This document shows positions 44,586 through 53,217 of a stretch of DNA of 64,000 nucleotides, in pieces (the first letter of the stretch is position 1; each line of letters begins with the position of its first letter). The stretch lies in the NCBI GenBank assembly GCA_943350175.1, contig CALQZX010000002.1:2061-66060 (forward strand). Direction: 5' to 3'. Below the pieces are notes generated by a model. It made no database searches, was not told the origin of the DNA, and worked only from the letters and a program-made list of their open reading frames with translations. The position numbers and the translations under genes were made by a program. The stretch is from Parcubacteria group bacterium. Its GTDB lineage: Bacteria > Patescibacteriota > Microgenomatia > UBA1400 > PJMF01.

Positions 44586-45314
44586 TTATGGAAAAATTAG
44601 CAAATCATTCTTTGCAATTTTTTTAGCTAAAAGAGCGTATTCAATTTCGTTGCCTATCAATTTTGGTTTTTTACCTAAAAAATGTCTGCCGATCGGAGTG
44701 GCAATTAAATCTGCCAGCTGCAAACCATTCTTGTTTTCACTTTTATCTGTTAAGGAAAATTGTTTAATTATTCTTGAGACATCTACACCACGAAAGAGTT
44801 TTGTTCCGGTATTTTTTGCTTTTAAAAGTGCTAATTCTAGCTTCAAATCCTCACTGTGAGTTCTCTTCTCTGGAAAAATTTTGCAATTTTCATTACAGCA
44901 ATAACGAAGAACACGATTTAATAAGAAATTAAAACTGAAAATGTAGGGATCATCTAGGTTTTGCCACATTTTCCCTACAACTTTTTCTTTCATAATGATC
45001 GAGGTTATGATTTTAAAATTAGTTTGGTTAATTAGATGATCAAGTTTTGTGTAAAATTGATAGCGAAAATCTGGATTAATTAACTTTTTATTTCTTTGAT
45101 CATTGGCTCTATTTGGTCTGGTCATTTCACGAGTATGGATAATAAAGTCATTGTTGCCAAATAGCTCAGTTTTTATTTGCCGCAATTTTTGATCGAAAAC
45201 TTTATATTCTTCTTCATTGATAAGTACAGCACTTAAAACAAAAATATCATAAGTATGATCAGATTTTGCTATATTGAGATTATGATCGCCAGATTCATCA
45301 ATAAAGACAAGCAT
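44586..45314 (-). CDS. DUF3800-family protein
   Basis: N-terminal MLVFIDESGDHN (the DESG motif typical of DUF3800). Confidence 0.55.
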   Translation of the reverse strand: MLVFIDESGDHNLNIAKSDHTYDIFVLSAVLINEEEYKVFDQKLRQIKTELFGNNDFIIHTREMTRPNRANDQRNKKLINPDFRYQFYTKLDHLINQTNFKIITSIIMKEKVVGKMWQNLDDPYIFSFNFLLNRVLRYCCNENCKIFPEKRTHSEDLKLELALLKAKNTGTKLFRGVDVSRIIKQFSLTDKSENKNGLQLADLIATPIGRHFLGKKPKLIGNEIEYALLAKKIAKNDLLIFP

Positions 45315-45476
45315 GTAAATTGATTATCTAAGTTCTAGGTTTCAAGAAGTGTGACTTAAGCAATGTTGCCCAAAAATTATTAGTTGCATGGTTGGTTTTT
45401 TATAAAGCTCTAATTTGAATAGAGTTGAGTTCGTTTATTGCAGGTTTTCAATTCTACGGTATTCCGTAGAATTAAC

Positions 45477-46565
45477 CTAAGATTGTTGTCTAATTTGTCC
45501 GATTAACTCCTCTTTAGTAGGTAAGTACAATTTGTATTTACTGGCAAAAAGCTGTTTATTATTTTCAGGCAGAGTCATCTCAACAACAGCATCTTCTTTG
45601 TCGGCGCAAAGTAGGATGCCGATAGTTTTGTTTTCGGAATAGGTTTTAATTTCTCGGTCATAATAGTTGACGTACATCTGCAGCTGTCCTAAGTTTTGGT
45701 GCCTCAGCTCACCAATTTTGAGGTCGAAAATAACAAAACAGTTGAGCAATCTGTTGTAGAACACCAAATCAATAAAAAAGTGTTGCTCGCTGAAACTGAT
45801 TCGTTGCTGTCTGGCTACAAAAGTAAAACCTTTGCCAAGTTCAAGTAGAAATGTTTCCAGATTGTCAATAATTTTTGTCTCAAGATCTGTTTCTGAATAA
45901 GTTTTGTTTTCTTGCAAACCAAGAAATTCAAAAATATAGGGGTCTTTGACCAAGTCAGTGGGTTTTTCAATTATTTGACCTTTGGTACTGAGTTTCATGA
46001 TTTCATCATGATTTTTATTTGAAGCGAGTCTTTCATATAAGGCAGAATTAAATTGTCTCTTTAGTTCGCGCAGTGACCAATTATTTTGAATGGCCTCTAT
46101 TTCATAAAAATCTCTAATAGGCTTTTCCAATCTGATGAGAAAAACGTAGTGAGACCAGGGGAGCTTAAAAATCCTAGACAGCGTCTGGGATTTTTCATAT
46201 AGTTTTCGCGGAATTACAGGTTGGCCAGATAATGTTTTACCTTTTGTCAATTCGGCAGACACTGTCTGCCGAATTGAGTAAGTTAAATAAAATTTTCTCA
46301 TTGCTCTTAAGTTTCTTTCAGAAAAACCCTTGCCAAATTCAGCAACAAGTGCCTGACTTAGTTTTAATAAAACTTGTTCACTATACTCAGCCTTACTTAG
46401 TCCTTTTTGCTCATCTTCAACAATCATCCTGCCAATTTTGAAATAGGTGTTAACCATGGTAGTGTTGATCTGGCGAATAGTTTGTTGGCGAGCGGAGATC
46501 ATCAAAGCTTTAATGCTTGTGAATAGACTTGATTGAGCCAGAAGTTGATTCATAAGTTGATTCAT
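45477..46565 (-). CDS. DUF1016 / YhcG-like PD-(D/E)xK nuclease-domain protein
   Basis: N-terminal helical YhcG-like region (FKIGRMIVEDEQ...RNLRAMRKFY); C-terminal IDLVFYNR...FDLKIGEL D-x(n)-(D/E)-x-K core; 12-nt tandem duplication of the start (MNQLMNQL). Confidence 0.55.
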   Translation of the reverse strand: MNQLMNQLLAQSSLFTSIKALMISARQQTIRQINTTMVNTYFKIGRMIVEDEQKGLSKAEYSEQVLLKLSQALVAEFGKGFSERNLRAMRKFYLTYSIRQTVSAELTKGKTLSGQPVIPRKLYEKSQTLSRIFKLPWSHYVFLIRLEKPIRDFYEIEAIQNNWSLRELKRQFNSALYERLASNKNHDEIMKLSTKGQIIEKPTDLVKDPYIFEFLGLQENKTYSETDLETKIIDNLETFLLELGKGFTFVARQQRISFSEQHFFIDLVFYNRLLNCFVIFDLKIGELRHQNLGQLQMYVNYYDREIKTYSENKTIGILLCADKEDAVVEMTLPENNKQLFASKYKLYLPTKEELIGQIRQQS

Positions 46566-46648
46566 AAGCTTATTATCTCAAGGGTAGGTTACAAGAAGCG
46601 TGATTGGTTTAAAGCCCTAAGATCTAAGCCTGGTGATATCCTATAACA

Positions 46649-46677
46649 TTGACAAATATGACTTATAGTGATATACT
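46649..46677 (+). promoter_or_regulatory. sigma70 promoter TTGACA-17-TATACT
   Basis: hexamers plus the shared upstream motif CCTATAACATTGACAA. Confidence 0.5.
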
Positions 46678-46679
46678 TT

Positions 46680-47141
46680 GTGTTAGTTAAGTAGGGAATG
46701 GCTTGACTAAAAATCAACAATTTTCAATATTTACCCTACTTAATGGATAGCCTCGGTTATCTTAATAATTTTTTGGCAGAGAAAAGGTTTCTGACCGCTT
46801 GCTTATTTCACCATTCCGAAATAAGCGATAAGTTGCCAGAGACCTCCTCTCTGCTCGAAAGAGCAGAAAAAGGAACTCTCGAAAGAGGGATTGAACGGTG
46901 AGATTAGCTCTCACTCTTTCGGTCAAATCTCATTAGAGAGAGCACCTTAACAAGGCATCATCAAGGATTTATTCGCTTATGGCGAATGAATTACTTGACT
47001 GTGATTAAATTTTTGGAAAATCTCCTTAAAAATGGACGATCCCGTTGTGGTTAGACCTTGAATCTAGCTAGAGCGGGATCGTTCAACGCGTCGCGATACC
47101 TCTAGCCCAGAGCTAGTTTCAAAGACGCGTATAAAGTTTTT
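46680..47141 (+). ncRNA. ~460-nt hairpin-dense RNA-like region (unknown ncRNA or long structured 5'UTR) ending in a hairpin + U6
   Basis: at least 9 perfect or near-perfect stems, several with GAAA loops (full list in the corresponding finding); no ORF of 60 aa or more; GC above background. Confidence 0.4.
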
Positions 47142-47156
47142 TCGGAGGAAAAAACC

Positions 47157-48254
47157 ATGCGTAATACAATGTTCGTCTTGATTTTGGCAGCGAGTTTAGT
47201 TCTCGCCGCTTGCGGTGGCTCGGCCACCGCAACTCTCACGCCATCAGCCACCCCCACCCCCACCCCCACCCCCACCTTCGATCCTTACTACGGTATGGGT
47301 CCTTGCGTGGAAACGGAAGGCTTCCGGTTAGTGTCGGCGGCCTACGAGCCGGGATACAAGAGTTGCAATTTTGAAATAGTGCCGCTCGTTATTCCCACTG
47401 CCACCCCTACGCTTAGCAACAGCGAGGAGATGAATAATCTTTTTGCAACCGTTGAGGCAACCAACTGGACACAAGTTCAGGTGGGTAGGTACTCAGAGAG
47501 TGTTGAGGCTGACGGAAAGACTTGGGAGCTCGTTATGGGCACTCATTTTGCGGTTTCAACCGCGAACGGTCGCTATGAAGCGGTCGAGTCTTCTCCAGTT
47601 GGTGTGGTGGGTAATACCGACCACGGCTGGTGCAATCCTGGTCAAATAGGGTGCCCCTCACATGGACTTCTTGTCCGAGTAGAGGTTCCCGAGCAGTTTG
47701 CTTCTTGCACAAATGTCGTTATGGACATCCCATGGCGCGTTCAGCTTGAAACGGATTGTGGCGGAGTAGTGCCAGTGCGGATTTCGGTTCGCGAAAACGA
47801 TGTCACCCGTACAGTGGGTGAATTGTTGGCTGACTACCTCGCTTTTGCTGGGCTCGAGCAGAAAGTCCAAAACGCCACCTCTGAAGTGGGCTTGTTTGTG
47901 TCGGTGAAAGAAACCGGCATGAGTGAGATGGATTATGGCGCCGCCGTAATCCCGTTTGGGTACTCCTGCTGGGACTGCCTCGCCGACACCATGGGCGTCG
48001 ATGAGCCGCAGCCGGTTCCTTTAATTGGAAGCAACATCTCCAATTTTGGACCGGGAACACCTCCCACTGGCAATTCGTTGCTCAGTGGTGTGGTTTTCCC
48101 CCTGCCGCGCCCATCTGCCAAAGCGTTTGAGCTCTCCTTTGAGCTCGAGGTGGCTCCTGCTACCCCGTTGACGGTTTGGGCAGGGCGTTACGACGCCCAG
48201 TCTGCCGCCAGCGCGACTCCCGCGCCAACCGCCACCGTCACCCCCGCTCCGTAA
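47157..48254 (+). CDS. lipoprotein (lipobox LAAC) with (TP)n linker; anomalously high GC
   Basis: RBS GGAGG; signal peptide + Cys; coding GC far above flanks; 4x CCCCCA repeat at 47251-47274. Confidence 0.6.
   Translation: MRNTMFVLILAASLVLAACGGSATATLTPSATPTPTPTPTFDPYYGMGPCVETEGFRLVSAAYEPGYKSCNFEIVPLVIPTATPTLSNSEEMNNLFATVEATNWTQVQVGRYSESVEADGKTWELVMGTHFAVSTANGRYEAVESSPVGVVGNTDHGWCNPGQIGCPSHGLLVRVEVPEQFASCTNVVMDIPWRVQLETDCGGVVPVRISVRENDVTRTVGELLADYLAFAGLEQKVQNATSEVGLFVSVKETGMSEMDYGAAVIPFGYSCWDCLADTMGVDEPQPVPLIGSNISNFGPGTPPTGNSLLSGVVFPLPRPSAKAFELSFELEVAPATPLTVWAGRYDAQSAASATPAPTATVTPAP
47248..47276 (+). repeat. tandem hexanucleotide repeat (CCCCCA)x4 encoding TPTPTPTP
   Basis: read directly. 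Confidence 0.7.
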
Positions 48255-48275
48255 GGAGTCTGGGTGAATCTCACT

Positions 48276-48306
48276 GGTCGGGGTCCGCCTTGTGCGGACC
48301 CCGACC
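48276..48306 (+). terminator. 13-bp perfect GC-rich hairpin GGUCGGGGUCCGC-CUUGU-GCGGACCCCGACC
   Basis: read directly, 3' of the high-GC gene; no U-tract. Confidence 0.45.
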
Positions 48307-48424
48307 ACCCAGAGAGGTAGCGACAATCACAGCAAGCTCAAACTTGATGATGCCTGATTGTCTGAGCTCAAAAGCTTTTTGTTTTTGAGTTGAGACAGTT
48401 TTAAAATTAAAAAATAAAGGAAAT

Positions 48425-48664
48425 ATGAAACAAAAACTACTACTACCAACTTTAGCTCTAACCATGATTGCTTTGGCGATCGCGGGACTCGGCTTGGTTT
48501 TGTACAAGTATTTGCCACTCGCTCAAGACAAATTAGCCTTGGATCGTTGGCAGGCTTGCGCTAGTGTTTATCGTTTGGAATATAACGATCTGAAGAATAA
48601 GACCACAGTGATTTCGCCAAATTTGGTGGAAGTCAGAAGCTGTGTTAAAACTTTGGAACAGTAA
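48425..48664 (+). CDS. small membrane-anchored protein
   Basis: ATG with GGAAAT upstream; one TM. Confidence 0.4.
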   Translation: MKQKLLLPTLALTMIALAIAGLGLVLYKYLPLAQDKLALDRWQACASVYRLEYNDLKNKTTVISPNLVEVRSCVKTLEQ

Positions 48665-48679
48665 ATTGGAAAAATAAAC

Positions 48680-49342
48680 ATGAAATTGTTAATGAACTTA
48701 TTACGAGATGTCTTGTTACTCGCTGTCCTAGTGATAGTGATGTTTTTTGCTGTCTCTGGTGTGGTTCTACCTTACCGCAACGTTTTTGTGCAGGCCGGGG
48801 CGTACCAAATGGAAGCTTTTGAGACTGGTTTGGCTTTCTCTCACTATGGTTTAAATGGTGAGCAAGCTTTTTATCGTTTATCGTCTTTTGATGATTTTGA
48901 GCAAGAAACCTATGGCGTCAGATTCCAGGAGGCTAGCAAGTCACTGGCGATCTTGGAAACTCTCAAGCAATTTGCTGGTTTAGCAACTCCTTGGTATGAG
49001 GTGGAGAGCGAAGGCGTCAGAGTGCGTTATGAAACTAGTCGTGTTGGTCAAGATTGGCTAATTAGTAAAACCGTAATTTTTGCCGAACCTACTTATGTGC
49101 AAAAAACTGGTATGAGCCTTACTTATTTTAGAAATGACTTAACTACCATGCTTGATAGCGGATCGGTCCAGATAGTTAACCCTGATAGACCAGGGAGTTT
49201 GACAATAATAGCAGTTGATAATCAACAAATTAAATTGAATAAATCGTTTAGTTTGATAGAAATAGTTGAGCCGGTGGAACAAGTGACTACAGAACTAACT
49301 CAAACCATTCGCGTGCGAGCTCATGACGGAAGACAACAATGA
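48680..49342 (+). CDS. membrane-anchored protein, unknown
   Basis: N-terminal TM; overlaps the next gene (ATGA). Confidence 0.4.
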   Translation: MKLLMNLLRDVLLLAVLVIVMFFAVSGVVLPYRNVFVQAGAYQMEAFETGLAFSHYGLNGEQAFYRLSSFDDFEQETYGVRFQEASKSLAILETLKQFAGLATPWYEVESEGVRVRYETSRVGQDWLISKTVIFAEPTYVQKTGMSLTYFRNDLTTMLDSGSVQIVNPDRPGSLTIIAVDNQQIKLNKSFSLIEIVEPVEQVTTELTQTIRVRAHDGRQQ

Positions 49343-51171
49343 ATTTAGTCATAATCCTACAAACACTAGCTTTTTTTGCTTTACCTTTATTACTTGGTCG
49401 AGCTTTGTGGTGTCTTTTTGCTGGTAAAAAACAAGCTGAGCCTTGGGTTGGCTATTATGCTGCAGGAGCCTTGGTGATTTTTGCTTGGGCAATGTCCTTG
49501 CATTATCTTTTTGGTCTAGTAGGAGCTATTTTTGTCTCATGGTTTTTTGGCGGTGCTTGGGTGTTTTCAGCTTTGGCTTTAGTGTGTAATGTTTTTTATA
49601 GACCAAAGTTAAAATTGAATGAATTAATGCCAATCTTTTTGCTGGTAGGGTTAGCTCTAGGGGTTTACAACCTATGGACTTGGCAAAATCCTTACCCGCT
49701 TAACTGGGATTTTTATCAGCATCAACAATTAGCCAGACTAATTCAGCATGGTGAAATTAGCTTTTTTACGACAGAGATGTCTGACACCTTTGGCTTTAAT
49801 AGTTATTCACCTTTATTTCACGCCTTGATGGCTTTGAGTCAATATCCACATGATTTGGCTCCAGAGTATTTATTAAATTATTGGCAGCTGATGACTTTCT
49901 GGCAAATTCTGGCAGTTGGCTTGGCGGCTTATTGTTTGGGTTCAGCAGTGACCAATAAACGAATGATTGGTGTTTTTGCTGGTGTGCTTAGTATGCTGAT
50001 TTTTGATTCTCATGTTTCTTTGACTACTTTTTTCCTGATGCCTCAAACTTTGGCAGCAGTGCTATTCACATTGATGATGGCTCGATTGTTGCGCGTAAAA
50101 GCCAAGATCTCTTCGACAGAGCTGGCTGTGAGCTCACTAACGCTAGTCTTAATGCACTATCTGATCGGTGGCGTTGGAGCGTTGGTATATTTAGCTTTAG
50201 CAGTTTACCTCAAATTACCTAAAAGATTTACTGTGGTGGCTAAACTGCACTTAATTCCTACTGCGGCTTTAATGATTTTAGGTGGAAGTTTATTAGTTGG
50301 ACAGTTACCTCTCTCTGGTTTGAATCAGGGCGAAGGCAAGCTGTACGCTTTAGATTTTTGGAAAATCAAAGAGTCTCTCGAACGAGCTTTTGGCTATTTG
50401 CTGTATGTACTGGCACCCATGGGTATGATTCGTTTGTGGAAAGGTGGTATTAAGCAAGAAACCAAGGCTTTGGTAAGTTTGATCGCTTTTGCTTTTGGGG
50501 TTTTGGTTTTTTCTGGCATTCCTTACGCCCTTAAATTTATGAGTGTTTGGCGTTTTTGGCTAATTTTATTAATGGCCATCGGTTTATACAGTCTGTGGGA
50601 GAGAATAAAATTTGTTGGGACAAAGTTGATTTTTACAGTAGTTGTTGTTTTCAGTCTATTAGCGATTTTAATGGTTAATCTGATGTGTTTCCGTAGCGGC
50701 ATTATGACCGATGGTGTTTACGCTCATTTGACCCAAGAAGACATTGAGGCTGCAGAGTGGCTAAAGGAAAATTACGCTCAAGAAACTGTTTTGATTTCTG
50801 ATCCAAGCACTCAATTTATTTTAGAAGGGTTATCTGGAGTGGACTCAGTAGCTGGTGCCTATATGCCGCTTAGCAAGCGTCAAATTTTGTGGCCTAGCTT
50901 TTACTCTAGAAGAGCCGAAAAGATTGTGAGTGCAGCAAGAGAACTAACCATTGGATCAGAAGTAAGTCTGCTGGTTTTATCTGGTCGTAGTATGGCTTGG
51001 GGACGAGCTAATGATGAACAATGGCAGTCTTTTGCCTATAATGTTTGGTCACCGATTATGCTATCTCTTGAAGATAAAAAATTGATTGAGCAAGTAAGTC
51101 AAACTAATGGCGTGAAATTGGTTTATCAAAATGGAGCCATAGCAATTTGGGAAGTGAAAAATGAAAAATAA
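49339..51171 (+). CDS. large polytopic membrane protein, possible GT-C-type glycosyltransferase / polymerase
   Basis: ~12 TM + C-terminal soluble domain; context with GT2 and GT4 genes. Confidence 0.4.
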   Translation: MNLVIILQTLAFFALPLLLGRALWCLFAGKKQAEPWVGYYAAGALVIFAWAMSLHYLFGLVGAIFVSWFFGGAWVFSALALVCNVFYRPKLKLNELMPIFLLVGLALGVYNLWTWQNPYPLNWDFYQHQQLARLIQHGEISFFTTEMSDTFGFNSYSPLFHALMALSQYPHDLAPEYLLNYWQLMTFWQILAVGLAAYCLGSAVTNKRMIGVFAGVLSMLIFDSHVSLTTFFLMPQTLAAVLFTLMMARLLRVKAKISSTELAVSSLTLVLMHYLIGGVGALVYLALAVYLKLPKRFTVVAKLHLIPTAALMILGGSLLVGQLPLSGLNQGEGKLYALDFWKIKESLERAFGYLLYVLAPMGMIRLWKGGIKQETKALVSLIAFAFGVLVFSGIPYALKFMSVWRFWLILLMAIGLYSLWERIKFVGTKLIFTVVVVFSLLAILMVNLMCFRSGIMTDGVYAHLTQEDIEAAEWLKENYAQETVLISDPSTQFILEGLSGVDSVAGAYMPLSKRQILWPSFYSRRAEKIVSAARELTIGSEVSLLVLSGRSMAWGRANDEQWQSFAYNVWSPIMLSLEDKKLIEQVSQTNGVKLVYQNGAIAIWEVKNEK

Positions 51172-51928
51172 ACTAAACATATCTCTAGTCATACCGTGCA
51201 GAAATGAAGCGGAAGGAATTGCTTTATTAGTGAAAAAAGCTTTGAAAATAGCAGCTGAAGTAATCGTGGTTGATAATCAATCAACGGATAAAACTGCTTT
51301 GGTAGCTAAAAAAGCTGGCGCACGAGTCATAAAAGAACCTAGAGTAGATAAACTAGGTATTGGTTATGGTTATTCATTAACAAGAGGCATGAAAGCAGCT
51401 AAACATGAAATTGTCGTTACTTTAGATGGCGATGGAACTTATCCAATCGATCAAATTGAAGCAACCCTTAATTTTATGGGCAGAAAAAACGTAGATATGC
51501 TTTTGTGCAGTCGTTTTCCATTGGTGGATGGTCAAGCTATCTCCTGGTGGAGACAGTTGGGAGTTTGGCTTTTAAATACACAAGTAAGACTCTTTTATGG
51601 TTATGATATGCAAGATATTTTAAGTGGCATGTGGCTAGTCAAAAAATCTGTGCTCTCTTCGCTCAAATTAAATGAAGGGGGTTGGAATTTATCTCCAGAG
51701 ATTAAATTGGCAGCGATTATGAATCAAAAAATCTCTATCGATCAATTTCATATTCATCATTACGAACGTGAATTTGGTCAGAGCAAGCAAAAACTAGTGA
51801 TCACCGGCCTTGAGCATTTGTGGTTTATTTTTGCTTATCGCGTCAGACATTTGTTGCCAGTTCGTTTAAAGTTTACACCTCTTTTTTCAATTAAATTTTG
51901 GAAATCTGCCAGAGAGGTAAGGGTATGA
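51161..51928 (+). CDS. family-2 glycosyltransferase (Dpm1/polyprenyl-phosphate sugar synthase-like)
   Basis: ISLVIPCRNE ... VVDNQSTD ... TLDGDG (DxD). Confidence 0.65.
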   Translation: MKNKLNISLVIPCRNEAEGIALLVKKALKIAAEVIVVDNQSTDKTALVAKKAGARVIKEPRVDKLGIGYGYSLTRGMKAAKHEIVVTLDGDGTYPIDQIEATLNFMGRKNVDMLLCSRFPLVDGQAISWWRQLGVWLLNTQVRLFYGYDMQDILSGMWLVKKSVLSSLKLNEGGWNLSPEIKLAAIMNQKISIDQFHIHHYEREFGQSKQKLVITGLEHLWFIFAYRVRHLLPVRLKFTPLFSIKFWKSAREVRV

Positions 51929-52977
51929 AAATTTTAGTTCTTTCGCCCTATTTTTATCCTCACATCGGAGGAAGCGAACGATATATTGAGGAATTGTATG
52001 GTGAGCTAGTGAAGCAAAATCCAGAGGTTGAGGTCGATGTATTGACCTACAATACTGAGAATGCAGAAAAATTAGAACGCTATAAAAATTTCAATATTTA
52101 TAGAGTTGGATGCTGGGAAATTCTGCCTAATCAATTTGTCTTGCCAAATTATTTTGAATTGATTTCCTTGCTTAAACAGCTAAAAAAGAAAAATTATAGT
52201 CATGTGAATGCGCACACGCGTTTTTTTGATACGGCTTGGTGGGGTTGGTTGGCTGCTAAATTTTTTGGCGCCAAGTCAATATTAACTGATCACTGCGCCA
52301 GTCATCCACAGCATAAAAATTTTATTGTGCGGATGGTTGCGAAGATAGTTGATCGTCTAGCTATGCCTTTACTCTATAAAGCCTACCAACAAATAACTGT
52401 GGTTAGTCAGGCAACCAAAGATTTCTGGGTTAAAAGTGTAAACCAATCAAAAAAGATAATAGTTATTCCTAATAGTGTCGATGATTCTTTGTTAGCTAAA
52501 AAACAAGTTAGTGATCATAAAACTAGTGTTAGATTTGTGGGGCGCAATGTGGCCACTAAAGGTGCAGGAATTTTTGATGAAGTGATAAAGGAATTAAAAC
52601 CTAAATATCCAAAAGTTGTGTTTGAACGTATCAGCGGCTTATCTCACGATAGGGTTATGCGTTTGCTTCAACAGACGAATATTTTGGTTCATCCATCAAT
52701 TCATCATGAAGGATTACCTACGATAATATTAGAAGCTGGTCTTGCCGAATGTGCTGTGGTGGCAACTAATGTTGGAGGAACAAAGGAATTGATTAAAAAT
52801 GGAAGATCTGGAATTTTAGTTGAACCTAGTATTGCAGAAGTCAAATTCGCAGTGGAAAAATTGTTAAATGAACCTTCTAAAGCTGAGAAAATGGGTGAAG
52901 AGTTGAAACAAAAAGTGCTTAAAGATTACATGTGGGCTAAAACTGCTGATAAATATAATAAGCTGCTTTCTAAGTAA
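51925..52977 (+). CDS. family-4 (group 1) glycosyltransferase
   Basis: C-terminal HEGLPTIILEAGLAECAVVATNVGG (EX7E region). Confidence 0.65.
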   Translation: MKILVLSPYFYPHIGGSERYIEELYGELVKQNPEVEVDVLTYNTENAEKLERYKNFNIYRVGCWEILPNQFVLPNYFELISLLKQLKKKNYSHVNAHTRFFDTAWWGWLAAKFFGAKSILTDHCASHPQHKNFIVRMVAKIVDRLAMPLLYKAYQQITVVSQATKDFWVKSVNQSKKIIVIPNSVDDSLLAKKQVSDHKTSVRFVGRNVATKGAGIFDEVIKELKPKYPKVVFERISGLSHDRVMRLLQQTNILVHPSIHHEGLPTIILEAGLAECAVVATNVGGTKELIKNGRSGILVEPSIAEVKFAVEKLLNEPSKAEKMGEELKQKVLKDYMWAKTADKYNKLLSK

Positions 52978-53217
52978 AAAAGGCGTGAAAAAGAGTGGCT
53001 TGCTTTTTGTAATATATTTTTTAAATTCTAAATTACTATAAACATAACAACTGTCACCAGGCTTGATTTCATTTTCACGTTTATTTTTTTAATTTTAATA
53101 ATTTTGCGTGAAACGCATAAATTATATTTTCTAAAACTGGTGCTCTAACTGATGCTCAAATCAATCCTAAACACTGAAATTCATCTTTAATTCATTTTCA
53201 TCTGCTAGAATAGCTTT

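Noticed and set aside
44569-44859. 96-aa plus-strand ORF
   Set aside because: Entirely antisense to the well-supported DUF3800 gene, with a low-complexity product. It is treated as spurious, although the upstream promoter-like element is reported.
47443-48518. Multiple overlapping ORFs on both strands inside and after the high-GC lipoprotein gene
   Set aside because: High GC content suppresses stop codons in all frames. Only the frame with signal peptide, lipobox and RBS is credible.
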